From Capsulimonadaceae bacterium (GTDB taxonomy: Bacteria; Armatimonadota; Armatimonadia; Armatimonadales; Capsulimonadaceae), in the NCBI GenBank assembly GCA_965215505.1, contig OZ244065.1:1504001-1568000 (forward strand): a stretch of DNA of 64,000 nt, given 5' to 3'. A program made the translations under genes and the position numbers. Below, one piece after another: positions 61,522 through 64,000 of the stretch; the stretch's first letter is position 1, and every line of letters starts with the position of its first letter. Below the pieces are notes generated by a model, which had not been told where the DNA came from, made no database searches, and was given only the letters and a program-made list of their open reading frames with translations.

Positions 61522-63912
61522 TCAATCCACCGGGTCTTCGTTCGCGCCCAATCTGTGAATGTCCATGACGTCCGAGAGCCGCTGCAAGCGGGTGATCATG
61601 GCGTTGATGTGGTCGGTGTCCACGGCATCGAAACTGATCTGCATGACGGCGGTGTGGTTCGGGTAGGAGCGCGTGCGGATGGCCTGGATGAACGTCTTGA
61701 CCTCGCTGAACAGCTTGCCGATGTCTTCCAGCAGGCCCAGCCGGTCCACAAGCTCGATCTTGATGTCGGTGGAGTAGCGCTGGTTCGGGTCCGAGGGCTT
61801 CCAGTCCACCTCGATCAGCCGTTCCGGCTCGGTCTGCTGGTAGTGGGCGACATTCGCGCAGCCGTGCCGGTGCAGGGCGATCCCCTTGCCGCGCGTCATG
61901 TAGCCTACCACCTCATCGCCCGGCACGGGCTGGCAGCACTTGGCGCGGATGATAGCGACGTCTTCCAGGTCACCCCCAACCTGGAGTTTGCCGGTATTGA
62001 CCCCCTTGCGCTCGAACGACCGCGCCTCCTCGTGCGGCGTCCCCTCTTGGGCCAGCGCCCGCAGGCGCGTGACGACCGAGCCGATGGGTGCCTCGCCGTA
62101 GCCGATGGCCGCCAGCAGGTCCTCCTGCCCGTGGGAGTTCATCTGCTCGGCGATCTTGTTCAGGATCTCCGGGGACATCAGGTGGCGGGTATCCAGGTGC
62201 AGCCGCTCCAGTTCCTTTTGCAGCAGCTCGCGGCCCCGCGTGACGTTGGAAGCGAAGCGCAGCTTGCGGAAGTATGCCTTGATCTTCGTGCGCGCGTGGC
62301 TGGTCTTGGCCGCCGCCAGCCAGTCCAGGGAGGGGTTCGCGCTGGGGCGGGACAGGATCTCGACGATGTCGCCGTTCTTGAAGTGATAGGTGAGCGGGAC
62401 GATCTTGCCGTTGACCTTGGCCCCGGCGCAGTGCAGGCCAAGGTCGGAGTGAATTCGGTAGGCGGCATCAATCGGAGTCGCGCCGACCGGGAAGTCCAGG
62501 ACGTCGCCCTTGGGGGTGAAAACAAACACCTGGTCGGTGAACAGGTCGCTGACCACCCCGCGCAGGAACTCGCCGGGTTCCTTGGCATCGGATTGCCAGT
62601 CAAAAAGCTGCTGGCGCAGCAGGGTCATCTTCTTGTCGAACCGTTTATCCGCGCCCGGACTCCGGCCCTTGCCGCCGTTTTCCTTGTACTGCCAGTGGGC
62701 GGCGATGCCAAAGTCTGCCGTCCGGTGCATGTCGGTCGTGCGGATCTGAATCTCCAGCGGCTCGCCGGTCGGCCCGATCACTTTGGTGTGGAGTGACTGG
62801 TAGCCGTTGGACTTGACCTTGGCGATGTAGTCATCGAACCGGCCCGGCAGCGGCAGCCAGACCTGATGGACGATCCCCAGGGCATGGTAGCAGTCCGCGA
62901 CGGTGGGGACGACGACGCGCAGGGCGATCAGGTCGTAGATCTCACCCAGGTCGAGCGTCTGCTTCTGCATCTTGTTGTAGATGGAATACAGGTGCTTGGG
63001 CCGCCCCTGGAAGTCCGCATGGATTCCCTCTTCGGCCAGCCGCGTTTTCAGAAGCTCCGTCGCGGTGGCGATGTCCTTCTCGCGCTGCGACCGCGTCTTG
63101 TCCAGCTTCTGCTTTATCTCGTTGTAGGCCTCGGGGTTGATGTACTTGAAGGCCAGGTCTTCGAGCTGCCACTTGATCTGCCAGATGCCCAGGCGGTGGG
63201 CGAGTGGGGCAAAGATCTGCAATGTCTCCTGAGCGACCTTCTTCTGCCGGTGTTCCGGCATGGCCGCCAGTGTCCGCATGTTGTGCAGGCGGTCGGCCAG
63301 CTTGATGACCATGACCCGCAGGTCTTTCGCCATCGCCAGCAAAATCTTACGCAGGTTCGCGGCGCTCTTGCTGGTTTCGCCGTGCCGCTTCTTGCGGGCG
63401 ATCGCCTCCGGCCCTTCGGGGGCGGCCGGCTCGGCGGCGGGCGGCGCGTCCACCCGCGCGCCAGGCTCCGCCTCGTTCCGGGCCTCGAAGTCGGCCAGCT
63501 TCAGCTTCGTGACGCCGTCCACGAGGTCGGCGATCTCCTCGCCGAACTCCTCGGCGATCTGCTCGCGCGAGACGCCGCAGTCCTCGACGACGTCATGCAG
63601 GAGGCCCGCCGCCAGCGTGGCGTCGTCCATTTCGAGTTCGGTCAGGATGGTGGCGACGGCAAGGGGGTGCGTGATGTAGGGTTCGCCGGAGCGACGGGAC
63701 TGGCCCTCGTGCTTCTCGGCGGCGTAGGCGTAGGCGCGGCGCAGCAGGTCCGCATCCACGTCGGGATGGTAGACCCGCGCCTTCTCGATCAGGGGTTCGA
63801 CCACGTCTCCGTCTGCCATCGTCGCTTTCGCCCGCATTCCGTACTGCGTCCACACCCGCGTCAGCAGCGCCGCTCCCCGATTCTTACCCAAACCCTCAGT
63901 GGTTTGTCCCAC
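61522..63912 (-). CDS. rel: bifunctional (p)ppGpp synthetase/hydrolase
   Basis: HEGQSRRSGEPYITHP, LHDVVED, IKLADRLHNMRTL, YQSLHT, EIQIRT, TGS, CC and ACT domains; start uncertain (63912, 63837 or 63819). Confidence 0.95.
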   Translation of the reverse strand: MGQTTEGLGKNRGAALLTRVWTQYGMRAKATMADGDVVEPLIEKARVYHPDVDADLLRRAYAYAAEKHEGQSRRSGEPYITHPLAVATILTELEMDDATLAAGLLHDVVEDCGVSREQIAEEFGEEIADLVDGVTKLKLADFEARNEAEPGARVDAPPAAEPAAPEGPEAIARKKRHGETSKSAANLRKILLAMAKDLRVMVIKLADRLHNMRTLAAMPEHRQKKVAQETLQIFAPLAHRLGIWQIKWQLEDLAFKYINPEAYNEIKQKLDKTRSQREKDIATATELLKTRLAEEGIHADFQGRPKHLYSIYNKMQKQTLDLGEIYDLIALRVVVPTVADCYHALGIVHQVWLPLPGRFDDYIAKVKSNGYQSLHTKVIGPTGEPLEIQIRTTDMHRTADFGIAAHWQYKENGGKGRSPGADKRFDKKMTLLRQQLFDWQSDAKEPGEFLRGVVSDLFTDQVFVFTPKGDVLDFPVGATPIDAAYRIHSDLGLHCAGAKVNGKIVPLTYHFKNGDIVEILSRPSANPSLDWLAAAKTSHARTKIKAYFRKLRFASNVTRGRELLQKELERLHLDTRHLMSPEILNKIAEQMNSHGQEDLLAAIGYGEAPIGSVVTRLRALAQEGTPHEEARSFERKGVNTGKLQVGGDLEDVAIIRAKCCQPVPGDEVVGYMTRGKGIALHRHGCANVAHYQQTEPERLIEVDWKPSDPNQRYSTDIKIELVDRLGLLEDIGKLFSEVKTFIQAIRTRSYPNHTAVMQISFDAVDTDHINAMITRLQRLSDVMDIHRLGANEDPVD

Positions 63913-64000
63913 GCTTATGCTTTCGCCTTTCCGTTCCCTTGCTACGTCTACCCTTATTGTGCATTATTTAGACGATTTCTGTACGCCCTTGTTCCCTTGG

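Overview
GC-rich bacterial chromosome segment; gene content and protein style suggest Armatimonadota, but that is an inference. Left to right: the 3' part of a large secreted protein whose paralog lies at 21.0-23.1 kb; a small Wzy-type EPS locus plus galE; a ParDE-like TA cassette bounded by GTAG-REP direct repeats; a TPR/double aspartyl-protease gene with an in-frame TGA; corA, a Ca/H antiporter, an M50 peptidase and aat; an ABC ATPase plus permease-M1 aminopeptidase fusion; a DyP peroxidase / duplicated 'IHFARW'-domain protein / catalase-like trio; tRNA-Gly and a short-variable-arm tRNA-Leu; a grpE-DUF4129-DUF4350-MoxR-transglutaminase run; a lower-GC islet (HExxH protein, two paralogous small proteins, and a Zn-finger gene split by an 815-bp IS1 with an 8-bp TSD); DUF512; an ECF sigma/anti-sigma/DinB/NfeD operon; an atypical PII gene upstream of flhA-flhF; VanW, GT2, M48 and GNAT genes; a nuclease-HTH islet; MBL hydrolase, TlpA and a geranylgeranyl reductase-like gene; a GT-C gene with mqnC-mqnE; DUF3060; a frameshifted clan AA protease; and rel. 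Best leads: a near-identical ECF-type promoter shared by the ECF operon and the ABC-aminopeptidase operon 22 kb away, the HExxH toxin/immunity-like islet, the three-gene heme-peroxide module, and the PII-like protein lacking 2-oxoglutarate/uridylylation residues at the head of flhA-flhF.
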